A stretch of DNA of 64,000 bases, from assembly GCA_963702205.1 (NCBI GenBank), contig OY969724.1, forward strand, positions 2,336,001 through 2,400,000, written 5' to 3'. Both the position numbers and the translations under genes were made by a program. Origin of the DNA: an uncultured candidate division Zixibacteria bacterium. Its GTDB lineage: Bacteria > Zixibacteria > MSB-5A5 > GN15 > PGXB01. How positions within the stretch are numbered: position 1 is the first letter of the stretch; every line of letters starts with the position of its first letter. This document shows positions 21,530 through 30,269 of the stretch, piece after piece. Under the pieces are notes generated by a model. The model had not been told where the DNA came from, did no database searches, and worked only from the letters and a program-made list of their open reading frames with translations.

Positions 21530-23197
21530 ATGTCGAATAGCGCAAATTCAAGGCCAGCAGTTGTCAGACTCTGGCCTTATTTGATTTTTACAGCCGTTGT
21601 CGTTGTCTATAATTATCTCTATCTCCCCGACGGGTTCAATGCCACCGATGAGGGCTGGCTGCTGTCATTGGGGCAGAGAATAAGCCATGGACAGGTGCCG
21701 TACAGGGATTTCTACTTTTTGATCAATCCACTCGCAATTTATGTCCAGTCGATATTGATAACTATTTTCGGTGACAATTATTCCGTCCTTGCCTCACGGA
21801 TATACTGGGCGGTTCAGATGTGGGCGATGATAACGGTTTTTTCGGTCGTATATCGTAAATATGTCAATGACATCGAACTGCTTTTGCTCCTCCTGACATC
21901 ATGGGTAGTGTCGACTCTGATGATTCAATACCCGTGGTATAACTACGAAGCGATTTTTTATTCAGCGCTGGCGATTGTCGCCCTAAGCGAAAGAAAATAC
22001 TATCTATTGGGGCTTATGGCATTTCTTGGCTTCTGGGCCAAGCAAAACTATATACTATTTCTACCGCTGATATTTGCCCTTGGGTATTTATCGAAAATTA
22101 TAAAAATAAGGGCAGAATACGCCTGCGGTCGGGCCATAAGGCAGGCGGCCATCGGTTTTTTGATTCCGGCGGCAATATGGCTGGCTTATCTCGTTTACAC
22201 GGGCAGCCTGAATGCCTATATAACCAATGCCTATATATATCTTCCGGAAATGACGGCTCGCGGATGGTTGTTCGGGCTTTTCCAGAACAATCATGTCGCG
22301 ATAGTATTCTCTCTGCCGATGATTGCCATGATACTGCTTTTGGCCTATAGTAATAATTACAAATGGTTAATTATGCCGATATCATTAATTCCGGTAATTG
22401 GCTTTTTGATATACTATCGAACCACGCTGTTTAATTACAATGCAGCAATATTCAATCACGCCATTTCAATATTTTTAATCTGGCGTATCAGGAGAATAAA
22501 GAACACTGCCGCGAAGGATCGGCTGATTGGCGTATTACCGGTGCAGCTTGCCGCATCGGTGGTAGTTTATTTGTCGGGGTTCTCGTACGTTGGCATAGTC
22601 ACCAGCTATATGGGGTCGGGCCTCGCCCTGACCGTCTCATATTGTTCTCTGAAAATGGCCGCTGCCTCGGTCTATAGGAAATATTTTCCGGCCATTATTA
22701 TGGTACTTATTCTGGGTGCCGGTGCCGTTATAAAATATAAATCAGTTTACCGCGATGTCCCCCGCGACCAGCTTCTGTCAGAGTTTACGACCGGAAAATT
22801 GAAGGGAATTCGCACCTCCGCCCGGAATTTCAACCAAATTTCAGACCTGATCAAGGCCGTGGATTATTACACCGACAAAGGCGACTATATTCTCATCTAT
22901 CCCGATTTCCCCGTATTGTATTACCTGACGGACCGGAAAAACCCGACCCGGGTAGACTGGTTCTACTGGCGGGGTTTACATCCGGATATGGTTGTTGATG
23001 CCGCAAAGGGTATCGCGAAATATAAACCCAAGGTGATATTTGTGCAGAAATACGCCGAGGAAGATTATCTGAGACGGGGGGCGGGTATCGATTATATGAA
23101 TACAGAAGAATACGTTCCGTTGTTTAAATTTATCGGCCGCAATTACCGGCTGGAGAAACCAGTGGGCGATATTTTTCTATTTGTCCCCGGATTTTAA
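21530..23197 (+). CDS. Polytopic membrane protein, GT-C (ArnT/PMT-like) glycosyltransferase
   Basis: TDEG acidic loop, G.VPYRDF, KQN, many TM segments, C-terminal LYYLTDRKNPTR. Confidence 0.65.
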   Translation: MSNSANSRPAVVRLWPYLIFTAVVVVYNYLYLPDGFNATDEGWLLSLGQRISHGQVPYRDFYFLINPLAIYVQSILITIFGDNYSVLASRIYWAVQMWAMITVFSVVYRKYVNDIELLLLLLTSWVVSTLMIQYPWYNYEAIFYSALAIVALSERKYYLLGLMAFLGFWAKQNYILFLPLIFALGYLSKIIKIRAEYACGRAIRQAAIGFLIPAAIWLAYLVYTGSLNAYITNAYIYLPEMTARGWLFGLFQNNHVAIVFSLPMIAMILLLAYSNNYKWLIMPISLIPVIGFLIYYRTTLFNYNAAIFNHAISIFLIWRIRRIKNTAAKDRLIGVLPVQLAASVVVYLSGFSYVGIVTSYMGSGLALTVSYCSLKMAAASVYRKYFPAIIMVLILGAGAVIKYKSVYRDVPRDQLLSEFTTGKLKGIRTSARNFNQISDLIKAVDYYTDKGDYILIYPDFPVLYYLTDRKNPTRVDWFYWRGLHPDMVVDAAKGIAKYKPKVIFVQKYAEEDYLRRGAGIDYMNTEEYVPLFKFIGRNYRLEKPVGDIFLFVPGF

Positions 23198-23222
23198 ACC
23201 GATAATATTCAGTGAGGTAAAT

Positions 23223-23528
23223 ATGTTAATTCAATTTTCCATGTTCCCGACCGGCGGATCGGAATCGGCATCGGGTGAGGTGTCGAAAATTATCGACATT
23301 GTCGACCGGTCCGGTTTGCCGTATAAGACCTCGTCCATGTCGACCGTCATCGAAGGCGAATGGGACGAAGTTTTGGAAATCATTAACAAATGCCGGCTTA
23401 AGCTCCGCGAATCCAGCAACCGGATATACATGGTTCTGTCGATGGATGACCGCAAGGATGCGGACAACCGGCTGACGGGCAAAGTGGCCTCGCTGGAGAA
23501 AAAACTTAACAGGAAGATAAAATCTTAG
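23223..23528 (+). CDS. MTH1187/YkoF-like thiamine-binding protein
   Basis: FSMFP, SGLPY...MSTVIEGEWDEV, DDR..KV.S; GAGG RBS before ATG 23223. Confidence 0.88.
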   Translation: MLIQFSMFPTGGSESASGEVSKIIDIVDRSGLPYKTSSMSTVIEGEWDEVLEIINKCRLKLRESSNRIYMVLSMDDRKDADNRLTGKVASLEKKLNRKIKS

Positions 23529-23543
23529 AGAGAGGGGTGCGAT

Positions 23544-23855
23544 ATGTCCGCATTTCGAGTTGTACAGGTAACCGTCCCGACCGATAAAGCCGTCGATTTC
23601 GCCCGCCAACTGGTAAACAGTGAACTGGCCGGCTGCGTAAATATTGTTAGAGGGGTTCAGTCGGTTTACCGGTGGAAGGGGAAAATCAAGGAAGCCGAGG
23701 AATCCCTGCTGGTCATCAAGACGACCACGAAGAAAGTGGAGACGCTGACCAAATTCGTCCGGGAAAACCACCCCGACGACGTGCCCGAAGTGCTCACGTT
23801 GAACGTCAGCGAAGGCAACCCGGATTATCTCGATTGGCTTAATGAGGTAACCTGA
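23544..23855 (+). CDS. cutA: Divalent-cation tolerance protein CutA
   Basis: LAGCVNI, SVYRWKG, EE.LLVIKT, HP..VPE, YLDWL. Confidence 0.92.
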   Translation: MSAFRVVQVTVPTDKAVDFARQLVNSELAGCVNIVRGVQSVYRWKGKIKEAEESLLVIKTTTKKVETLTKFVRENHPDDVPEVLTLNVSEGNPDYLDWLNEVT

Positions 23856-23856
23856 T

Positions 23857-24282
23857 ATGGATTTTAAGAAGGTTGAGGAGGGATTTCTGGTTCGCCTCGA
23901 CCGTGGTGAGGAGGTCGTCTCGACTCTCACCGAATTTGTCCGACAGCACGATATCAAAGGCGGATTTTTGCAGGCGCTGGGCGCTTTCGAAAGCGCCTCT
24001 CTGGGCGTATACGATTTTTCCACCAAAGGGTATGTCACCAAATCTTTCCGGGAACGGCTCGAAGTGGGCGCGCTCAACGGCAATATCGCCCGGATCGACG
24101 GCAGCGATGAGATATTTCTCCATATGCATGTCACCGTGGGCGACAGCTCGCTCCACTCGTTTACCGGCCACCTGTTCGAGGCCGTCGTGCAGGCGACGCT
24201 CGAAGTTTTCATCCGGCCTTTGACCACCGAAATCGTGCGCAAAAGAGACGATCAACTGGGATTCAACGCTTGGCACCTGTAA
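23857..24282 (+). CDS. PPC domain (DUF296) protein
   Basis: RLDRGEE, LEVGALNGN, HMH, GHL, TLE. Confidence 0.88.
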   Translation: MDFKKVEEGFLVRLDRGEEVVSTLTEFVRQHDIKGGFLQALGAFESASLGVYDFSTKGYVTKSFRERLEVGALNGNIARIDGSDEIFLHMHVTVGDSSLHSFTGHLFEAVVQATLEVFIRPLTTEIVRKRDDQLGFNAWHL

Positions 24283-25070
24283 ACACGGCGGAACCGATTA
24301 TAACTCTCACCACCGATTTCGGTACGAGCGATAATTATGCCGGAATCGTCAAGGGCATAATCCTTTCGATATGCCGTAAAGCCAATATTGTCGATATAAC
24401 TAATTCCGTTCCGGCATTTGATATTATCGCCGGGCGATATCTGATGGAGACTTCGTACAGAGCATTTCCGCCGGGGACAATTCATGTCGCTGTCGTTGAT
24501 CCGGGGGTGGGGACAAAGCGCAAAGGCGTCGTAATCGAAACAGCCAAGTATTATTTTGCTGGTCCGGATAACGGCCTGTTTTCCTTCTTGACGAGACGAG
24601 AAATCAGGAAGGGAATAGAGATCAAGAATCCCAAATATATTTTGCCCGCTGCGTCCGATACATTCCACGCGCGCGACATATTCGCACCGGCCGCGGCGTA
24701 CCTGGCGCTGGGAGTGATACCCGAAGAGTTCGGTCCGGGTCTTAATGACATAATTCGCATAAAACCGCCGGGGTACCGTAAGACCAAACAGGGGACGGCC
24801 GGGACGGTGATCTATATCGATCATTTCGGAAACCTCGTGAGTTCGATCAAAGCCGAACGAATCGACACCGGTGGCGTCATCTTTCTTAATGGTGTCAAAA
24901 TTGGCCGGATAAAAAAAACTTTCGGTGCGGTCAGGCCGAGTCATCTTGTTGCGTATATAAATTCTTTCGGATATCTCGAAATCGCCGTCAATGGCGGTTC
25001 GGCCAGGGAATATTTCCATATCGAAAAGCCCGAATCCGCTCAAATTTTAATTGCTCCGATCAGCATATAA
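24270..25070 (+). CDS. SAM hydroxide adenosyltransferase / halogenase-like (DUF62) protein
   Basis: ITLTTDFG, VVDPGVGT.R, GPDNG, TFHARDIFAP, IDHFGN, LEIAVN.GSA. Confidence 0.9.
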   Translation: MAPVNTAEPIITLTTDFGTSDNYAGIVKGIILSICRKANIVDITNSVPAFDIIAGRYLMETSYRAFPPGTIHVAVVDPGVGTKRKGVVIETAKYYFAGPDNGLFSFLTRREIRKGIEIKNPKYILPAASDTFHARDIFAPAAAYLALGVIPEEFGPGLNDIIRIKPPGYRKTKQGTAGTVIYIDHFGNLVSSIKAERIDTGGVIFLNGVKIGRIKKTFGAVRPSHLVAYINSFGYLEIAVNGGSAREYFHIEKPESAQILIAPISI

Positions 25071-25085
25071 TCATAGATTGACCTC

Positions 25086-25583
25086 ATGTCCAGCCCGCAA
25101 GACAACCGTCCCTCGTGGGACGAATACTTCATGCGTATCGCGCAATTGGCGGCAACTCGCTCGACTTGCCTGCGACGACAGGTGGGGGCGGTCATAGTCA
25201 AAGACAAGCGCGTCCTGTCCACCGGCTACAACGGGTCGCCCTCGGGCCTGGAACATTGCCTCAATGTCGGGTGCCTGCGCGAGCAGATGAATATCCCGTC
25301 GGGCGAGCGCCACGAACTCTGCCGGGCGATACACGCCGAGCAGAATGCCATCATACAGGCGGCGACGTCGGGTGTGTCGATCGAAGGTGCAACTTTGTAC
25401 TCGACCACGTACCCGTGCGTGCTGTGTGCCAAGATGATTATCAACGCCGGGATAAGAACAATATACATCACCGACGGTTACCCCGACGATCTCTCGAAGC
25501 AGTTGATCGACGAGGCGGGGTTGACGGTGCATCGTATGTCGGTGCGCGATGCGGTCTTTGCGCCGAAGGATCAGAAACCATGA
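25086..25583 (+). CDS. dCMP deaminase (ComEB-like)
   Basis: [29 protein letters not shown]. Confidence 0.92.
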   Translation: MSSPQDNRPSWDEYFMRIAQLAATRSTCLRRQVGAVIVKDKRVLSTGYNGSPSGLEHCLNVGCLREQMNIPSGERHELCRAIHAEQNAIIQAATSGVSIEGATLYSTTYPCVLCAKMIINAGIRTIYITDGYPDDLSKQLIDEAGLTVHRMSVRDAVFAPKDQKP

Positions 25584-26029
25584 GATGTCCGTTCTGCGGT
25601 TCCGAAGAGGATAAAGTGGTCGATTCGCGCTCGGTGCGCGAGGGCCGGGCGATAAGGCGGCGGCGCGAGTGCATCAAGTGCGCCCAGCGCTACACGACCT
25701 ATGAGTACATCGAAAACGTCGAACTGACCGTGGTCAAATCCGACGGCCGCCGGGAACCGTTCGACCGTCAGAAGCTGATCGAGGGGATGCGTCTGGCTCT
25801 CAAGAAGCGTCCGGTTTCGGTTAAAAAGATCGAAGCGATGGCCGATGAAATCCAGGGCGATCTGCAGGAGCTGACCAAAAACGAAATCACCAGCCAGGCG
25901 ATTGGCGAGATGGTGATGAAGAAGCTTCAGGAAGTCGACGAGGTGGCCTACGTCCGCTTCGCATCCGTCTATCGCAAATTCCAGGACAAAGAAGAATTCT
26001 TCTCCGAGCTCAAGAAGCTGTTGAAGTAA
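25580..26029 (+). CDS. nrdR: Transcriptional repressor NrdR
   Basis: MRCPFC..DKVVDSR, RRRREC..C, ATP cone, [11 protein letters not shown]; true start 25580 inside ORF 25115. Confidence 0.95.
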   Translation: MRCPFCGSEEDKVVDSRSVREGRAIRRRRECIKCAQRYTTYEYIENVELTVVKSDGRREPFDRQKLIEGMRLALKKRPVSVKKIEAMADEIQGDLQELTKNEITSQAIGEMVMKKLQEVDEVAYVRFASVYRKFQDKEEFFSELKKLLK

Positions 26030-26054
26030 TCACGTACTTTAATATTCCTTAGAA

Positions 26055-26152
26055 GTAGGTCGGGTTCTGAATCCCGTTTTACGGGATGAAAAACCCGACA
26101 TCTTGTTGTCGGGTTTCTCGTTTCGCTGCGCTTCACTCGGAACCCGACCTAC
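26055..26152. repeat. Inverted doublet of GTAG REP-like palindromes (REPIN-like)
   Basis: GTAGGTCGGGTT...AACCCGACA tcttgt TGTCGGGTTT...AACCCGACCTAC. Confidence 0.8.
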
Positions 26153-26482
26153 TTAGGTATGATAGTGGGCGCACCGGTCCATTAATCTCTGCAATATATT
26201 AAGTCCTTTACGGTTACAGCCAAATGGGTTCGAATTTGAAAATTCTTTATTTTTGCATCTCATTCCTCTATCAATTTTGTCACTCAACGTTCTTGGCATA
26301 GTAATAGCCCTTTATAATAGGGGGAGGGGCAGAATTGCCTCTGATAAAAGGGTATTTTGGTATTGAATTAAAATCGGCGATTGATATATTTCGAATGTCT
26401 GAATCTGAGATATTGGGGCATCGTATGACAGTCGCGGACGAAAATGATGGTTTTGCGGATAAATTAAACTGGGTTTAAGAAA

Positions 26483-26506
26483 CCCGCCATAAATGGCGGG
26501 CCACCC
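26483..26506 (-). repeat. REP-like palindrome, GGGTGG family
   Basis: cccgccat-aa-atggcggg followed by ccaccc. Confidence 0.6.
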
Positions 26507-26545
26507 AGACGAGGCAAAATTTAATCAAAGTGAGGTTATGTTATT

Positions 26546-27286
26546 ATGGAAACTATGGGTCTTTATCAGGATTTTAATGCTTACTTGCAGCATATGGATT
26601 CAATCATTTCGCTGGCAGAAATAAAAAATAATAATGGGCGCGATATTGTAATTGGAAGTCTATTTGCCAAAATATTGGATTATTCTAATGCAGTAAGGAT
26701 TTTATTTAATGAGAAAAGTTTTAATGGTGCGGAGTGTATGGCAAGGTCATGCATGGAGGCGTTATTCTATATGGGGGCATGTATAAATAGTGAGAAGGCA
26801 CTAATTAATTTCATTGCCCGAGATAATTACAATAGACTAAAATATATTAACGTTGTCTTAAACAATGAAGATTTTAGGGCAGTCGACTATGACAAACAAG
26901 AATTAATTGAATTAAAAGATGAAATAGATAAATCAAATGAAATAAATAAATCAAATGAAATAAATAAGTCTAAGAAATTTACAATAGAAGATTATGCGAA
27001 ATCTGCAAAACTCGCTCTGATGTACGACACTCGCTACAGAATTCATAGCGAAGCTGATCATAGCAGCCCCAAATATCTTGAAGATACGTATATAGTCCAC
27101 AACGATGCTGATATATTGGGGATAAAAATACTCCCAAGTGAAGAAAACACTAAGGAAAGAATATTGACAACCATGAATCCGGTGTTGGCATTTTCATGCA
27201 ATTGGTACAGGAATCAATTTGGAATAGAGGACACACCAGAAATTCAGCAAATGGATGCCAAATATATACAAGAGGTTAATACATAA
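26546..27286 (+). CDS. Hypothetical protein, DUF5677/HEPN-like
   Basis: AT-rich ORF; ARSCMEA and YRIHSEADHSS motifs; GAGG RBS. Confidence 0.55.
   Translation: METMGLYQDFNAYLQHMDSIISLAEIKNNNGRDIVIGSLFAKILDYSNAVRILFNEKSFNGAECMARSCMEALFYMGACINSEKALINFIARDNYNRLKYINVVLNNEDFRAVDYDKQELIELKDEIDKSNEINKSNEINKSKKFTIEDYAKSAKLALMYDTRYRIHSEADHSSPKYLEDTYIVHNDADILGIKILPSEENTKERILTTMNPVLAFSCNWYRNQFGIEDTPEIQQMDAKYIQEVNT
26921..26974 (+). repeat. In-frame 18-bp tandem repeat x3 (EI[D/N]KS[N/K])
   Basis: gaaatagataaatcaaat gaaataaataaatcaaat gaaataaataagtctaag. Confidence 0.85.
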
Positions 27287-27300
27287 TAGCCGGAGATTCC

Positions 27301-27740
27301 TTGAATAATATATTCCAATTCGGCAATAAAATATCCGGCATAGTATACATCGACCGGCCGGGGCGCATGCGATTATATCCAATGACAACGGCCTGTTGCT
27401 GGCGGTGAAGTACCGAGGCAAGTATTATTTGCCCGGCGGGGGTGTCGATAGTGGCGAAAGCTTGCACGACGCGCTGCATCGCGAAATGAAAGAAGAGGTT
27501 GGCTGGAGAATCGAAATCGGGCGGGAAGTCGGGTCGGCGGCGGAGTTTGTTTATACATCGGACGACAACAAAGCCTATAACAAAATCGGGCATTTTTTCG
27601 TGTGTTCGGTTGTCGATAGTTCGGGAAGCCGAACAGAGTTAGACCATGAGCCGGTTTGGGTGACGGTTAAAGAATTCGCGGGGAATGCGGCGCATGAGAG
27701 CCATGTCTGGGCGATTGAGCAGTGTTGTAAAGATTTATAG
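27301..27740 (+). pseudogene. NUDIX hydrolase with a frameshift at a G-run near 27360-27363 (or sequencing error)
   Basis: Nudix box LPGGGVDSGESLHDALHREMKEEVG; N-terminus FQFGNK..YIDRPG lies in another frame and joins AHAIISNDNG if one G is added. Confidence 0.7.
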
Positions 27741-27752
27741 GAATTTATAGAC

Positions 27753-27874
27753 CCACTCCAAACAAGTTTGGAGTGGCCACCACGTGGCGTGGCCACCCAG
27801 TCGCTCACGAATCATAGTCCACGTCTATCCACTCCAAACAAGTTTGGCGTGGCCACCGCGCGGCGTGGCCACCC
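27753..27874 (-). repeat. Direct duplicate of a REP-like palindrome, GGGTGG family
   Basis: CCACTCCAAACAAGTTTGG(A/C)GTGGCCACC..G.GGCGTGGCCACCC at 27753 and 27829. Confidence 0.8.
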
Positions 27875-28010
27875 GGTCCGGTATCAGCGATTTATTCCTC
27901 CATGTATGATTTTGATTGCCTTTTCGTGGGCAATGGATGATATTTTATAGTCAACGCAATATTGGCTAATAAGACTTTTTTCGGTGCACCCTTGTGCCGG
28001 GAGGGTTGGT

Positions 28011-29108
28011 ATGTGTAACTCCAGAATTTCTTTATTCACCGTTTTTTGCATTCTGACAATCACAGGTGTATTGGCCGTCGGTTGTTCCGATAAAGACAAA
28101 TCGACCGGGCCGGTCCAATATGGCTGGTCGGCGCTTGGCTCCGGAGTAAACAGCGCTGTTTACGCCGTTGCCAGCTATAATGATGAATTGTACGTCGGTG
28201 GACCGTTAACGCACGCCGGCGACGAAGACGTGAGTAATATTGCGAAATGGAATGGATCCAACTGGTCGGCACTTGGGGCAGACGACGGTGGAACATTTTC
28301 CAATATTTTCGCTGCTATCGTTTATGATAACAAACTTATCTTTGCCGGACAATTTACCACTATCTGCGGAACGAACGCGAACGGCATTGCGGCCTGGGAT
28401 GGATCGGCCTGGACTACCCTGGGATCAGGCACAAGCGGCTTAATCTATGATCTGGCCATATATAATGGATATCTGATTGCCGGAGGCGTTTTCACCAATA
28501 TCGGCGGGGTGGCTGTCAATAATGTTGCGGCTTGGAACGGGACAAACTGGTCAGCCCTCGGAACCGGAATCACCGGGGCAGCACACAGCATTTATGCTCT
28601 TTCCATTTATGATAATAAATTGATTGTCGGAGGACTTTTCACCACAGCCGGTGGGAAGGGTGCAAATAATATCGCCTCCTGGAATGGGTCCGTTTGGGAT
28701 TCTCTGACATCCGGGACCAATTATCTGATCAATGAATTTACCGTCTTTGGCGGCGATTTAATCGTTGGGGGTGGTTTCACTGCCGCCGGTGGAATAAGCG
28801 CCAGTTATATTGCGGCCTGGGATGGATCAGTTTGGACGACTGTCGGCTCCGGCACAAATTCCTATGTCTATACGCTTGCTGTATATAATGACAAATTGAT
28901 AGTCGGGGGAGATTTCGTCAACGCCGGTGCAATAGACCTTAATCATATCGGGGTCTGGGACGGCAGCAGTTGGTCGGCGCTTGGAGCCGGAATGGACTAC
29001 GAAATCACCAAGCTCGGTATTTATGGTAATCGGCTTATAGCTGGAGGCGAGTTTACCAATGTCGACGGAACAGAAATGAACCATATCGCAGCCTGGGGAC
29101 CTCAATAA
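28011..29108 (+). CDS. Lipoprotein with about 7 W[DN]G..W..LG repeats (beta-propeller)
   Basis: Lipobox LAVGC; regularly spaced LxVGGxFT..G....NIAxWDGSxWxxLG repeats. Confidence 0.8.
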   Translation: MCNSRISLFTVFCILTITGVLAVGCSDKDKSTGPVQYGWSALGSGVNSAVYAVASYNDELYVGGPLTHAGDEDVSNIAKWNGSNWSALGADDGGTFSNIFAAIVYDNKLIFAGQFTTICGTNANGIAAWDGSAWTTLGSGTSGLIYDLAIYNGYLIAGGVFTNIGGVAVNNVAAWNGTNWSALGTGITGAAHSIYALSIYDNKLIVGGLFTTAGGKGANNIASWNGSVWDSLTSGTNYLINEFTVFGGDLIVGGGFTAAGGISASYIAAWDGSVWTTVGSGTNSYVYTLAVYNDKLIVGGDFVNAGAIDLNHIGVWDGSSWSALGAGMDYEITKLGIYGNRLIAGGEFTNVDGTEMNHIAAWGPQ

Positions 29109-29109
29109 C

Positions 29110-29153
29110 AATTGAACGGCGTCGGGAAATGATCTCCTGACGCCATTTTAATT
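29110..29153 (+). terminator. Intrinsic terminator
   Basis: ggcgtcggga..tcctgacgcc stem then attttaatt. Confidence 0.6.
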
Positions 29154-29226
29154 CCTCTCTACTTAACTCTTGCCTTAACAACGAATTGTGTCTATTTTTA
29201 GAGCCGTTGTTTAAGAGAAGATAAGA

Positions 29227-29280
29227 TGTCAGGAGCGCTCTTCGCAAGGCTCAGAGTCTTCGACACGGCTCCTGACCTAC
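29227..29280 (-). repeat. REP-like palindrome (GTAG family, reverse orientation)
   Basis: Reverse complement reads GTAGGTCAGGAGC...GCTCCTGACA. Confidence 0.7.
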
Positions 29281-29301
29281 TAAGAAAAATAGAGACCTGT
29301 T

Positions 29302-30195
29302 GTGGCGGACGAAGATAAAAATACCGAGCCCGAGTCGGAAAAAGATCCTGAATCCAATTCAGATTATAAGCCGGTTTATGGTTCAGGTGATGACTCCGAT
29401 GCGGATACGGAATCTACGCCGAAATCTGAATCCGGAGCGGAATCGGGTAAGGAATCTGATGATGAGCCCGAAACCAAAACCAAAGCCGATATGCCATTTT
29501 TAGACCATATAGAGGAGCTTCGCTGGAGGCTGATCAAGTCGATCGTGGCGATTGCCGTGACGGCTTTAATATCGTTCATCTTTGCCGGAGAAATATATAA
29601 ATTCATAACCGTCCCGCTGGGCAGCAACAAGCTTTATTTCACCGAAGTGACCGGGTCGTTCTACGCCTATTTAAAGCTGTCGTTCTACACCGGCATAATC
29701 GCCGCCGCGCCGGTGGTTTTCTATCAGCTCTGGAAATTTATCGGGCCGGGGCTGTACGACACCGAAAAAAAGATAATCCTGCCGCTGGTGGCCGTCTCGA
29801 CCATCCTCTTTCTGATCGGCGGGGCTTTCTGCTTTTATATCATTCTCCCGTTCGCGATCAAGTTTCTGATCGGCTACGGCGAGGGAGTTATGATGCCGAT
29901 TATCACGGTTTCGAGCTATATCTCGTTCGCCGGGATGATGATTCTGGCGTTCGGAGCGTCGTTCGAGATGCCGGTGGTCGGGTATTTCCTCGGGCGGATC
30001 GGGATAATATCGTCGAGAACCCTGTCCAAAGGCCGGCCGTATTTTATCGTGGCGATTTTAATCGTGGCGGCAATATTGACCCCGCCCGACGTTTTCACGC
30101 AGGTGATGCTGGCGGTGCCGCTGATGATATTGTTCGAATTGACGGTCATGCTGGTCAGGTATACCGGTAAAAAAGATAAAGAACTTAAAAATTAG
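29302..30195 (+). CDS. tatC: Twin-arginine translocase subunit TatC with acidic N-terminal extension
   Basis: MPFLDHIEELRWR, YQLWKFIGPGLY..EK, FEMP, AAILTPPD, LFE. Confidence 0.93.
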   Translation: MADEDKNTEPESEKDPESNSDYKPVYGSGDDSDADTESTPKSESGAESGKESDDEPETKTKADMPFLDHIEELRWRLIKSIVAIAVTALISFIFAGEIYKFITVPLGSNKLYFTEVTGSFYAYLKLSFYTGIIAAAPVVFYQLWKFIGPGLYDTEKKIILPLVAVSTILFLIGGAFCFYIILPFAIKFLIGYGEGVMMPIITVSSYISFAGMMILAFGASFEMPVVGYFLGRIGIISSRTLSKGRPYFIVAILIVAAILTPPDVFTQVMLAVPLMILFELTVMLVRYTGKKDKELKN

Positions 30196-30269
30196 GATAA
30201 ATTAGATACTTTTGGATCGTATCTTCTAATTAATTTGTCAAAGGTATGAGAGAGTAGAGGAGAAGGGCG

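Noticed and set aside
23226..25043. Long minus-strand ORFs (338, 263 aa) and similar antisense ORFs elsewhere
   Set aside because: Antisense to well-supported genes, with no motifs
24270..25070. Fluorinase or chlorinase claim
   Set aside because: Cannot be distinguished by eye from the common DUF62 SAM hydrolase, and there is no halometabolite context
25115..25579. N-terminal extension of NrdR (304-aa ORF)
   Set aside because: Overlaps the dCMP deaminase in another frame; NrdR motifs begin at ATG 25580
26395..26478. 27-codon ORF MSESEILGH...
   Set aside because: Too short, no recognisable motif or RBS
27753..27874. Mini CRISPR array (repeat, 30-nt spacer, repeat)
   Set aside because: Only two imperfect 46-nt units, no cas genes, and the CCACCC tail is shared with the isolated palindrome at 26483
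26030..29290. Integron cassette array
   Set aside because: No integrase, and the palindromes lack RYYYAAC/GTTRRRY attC cores
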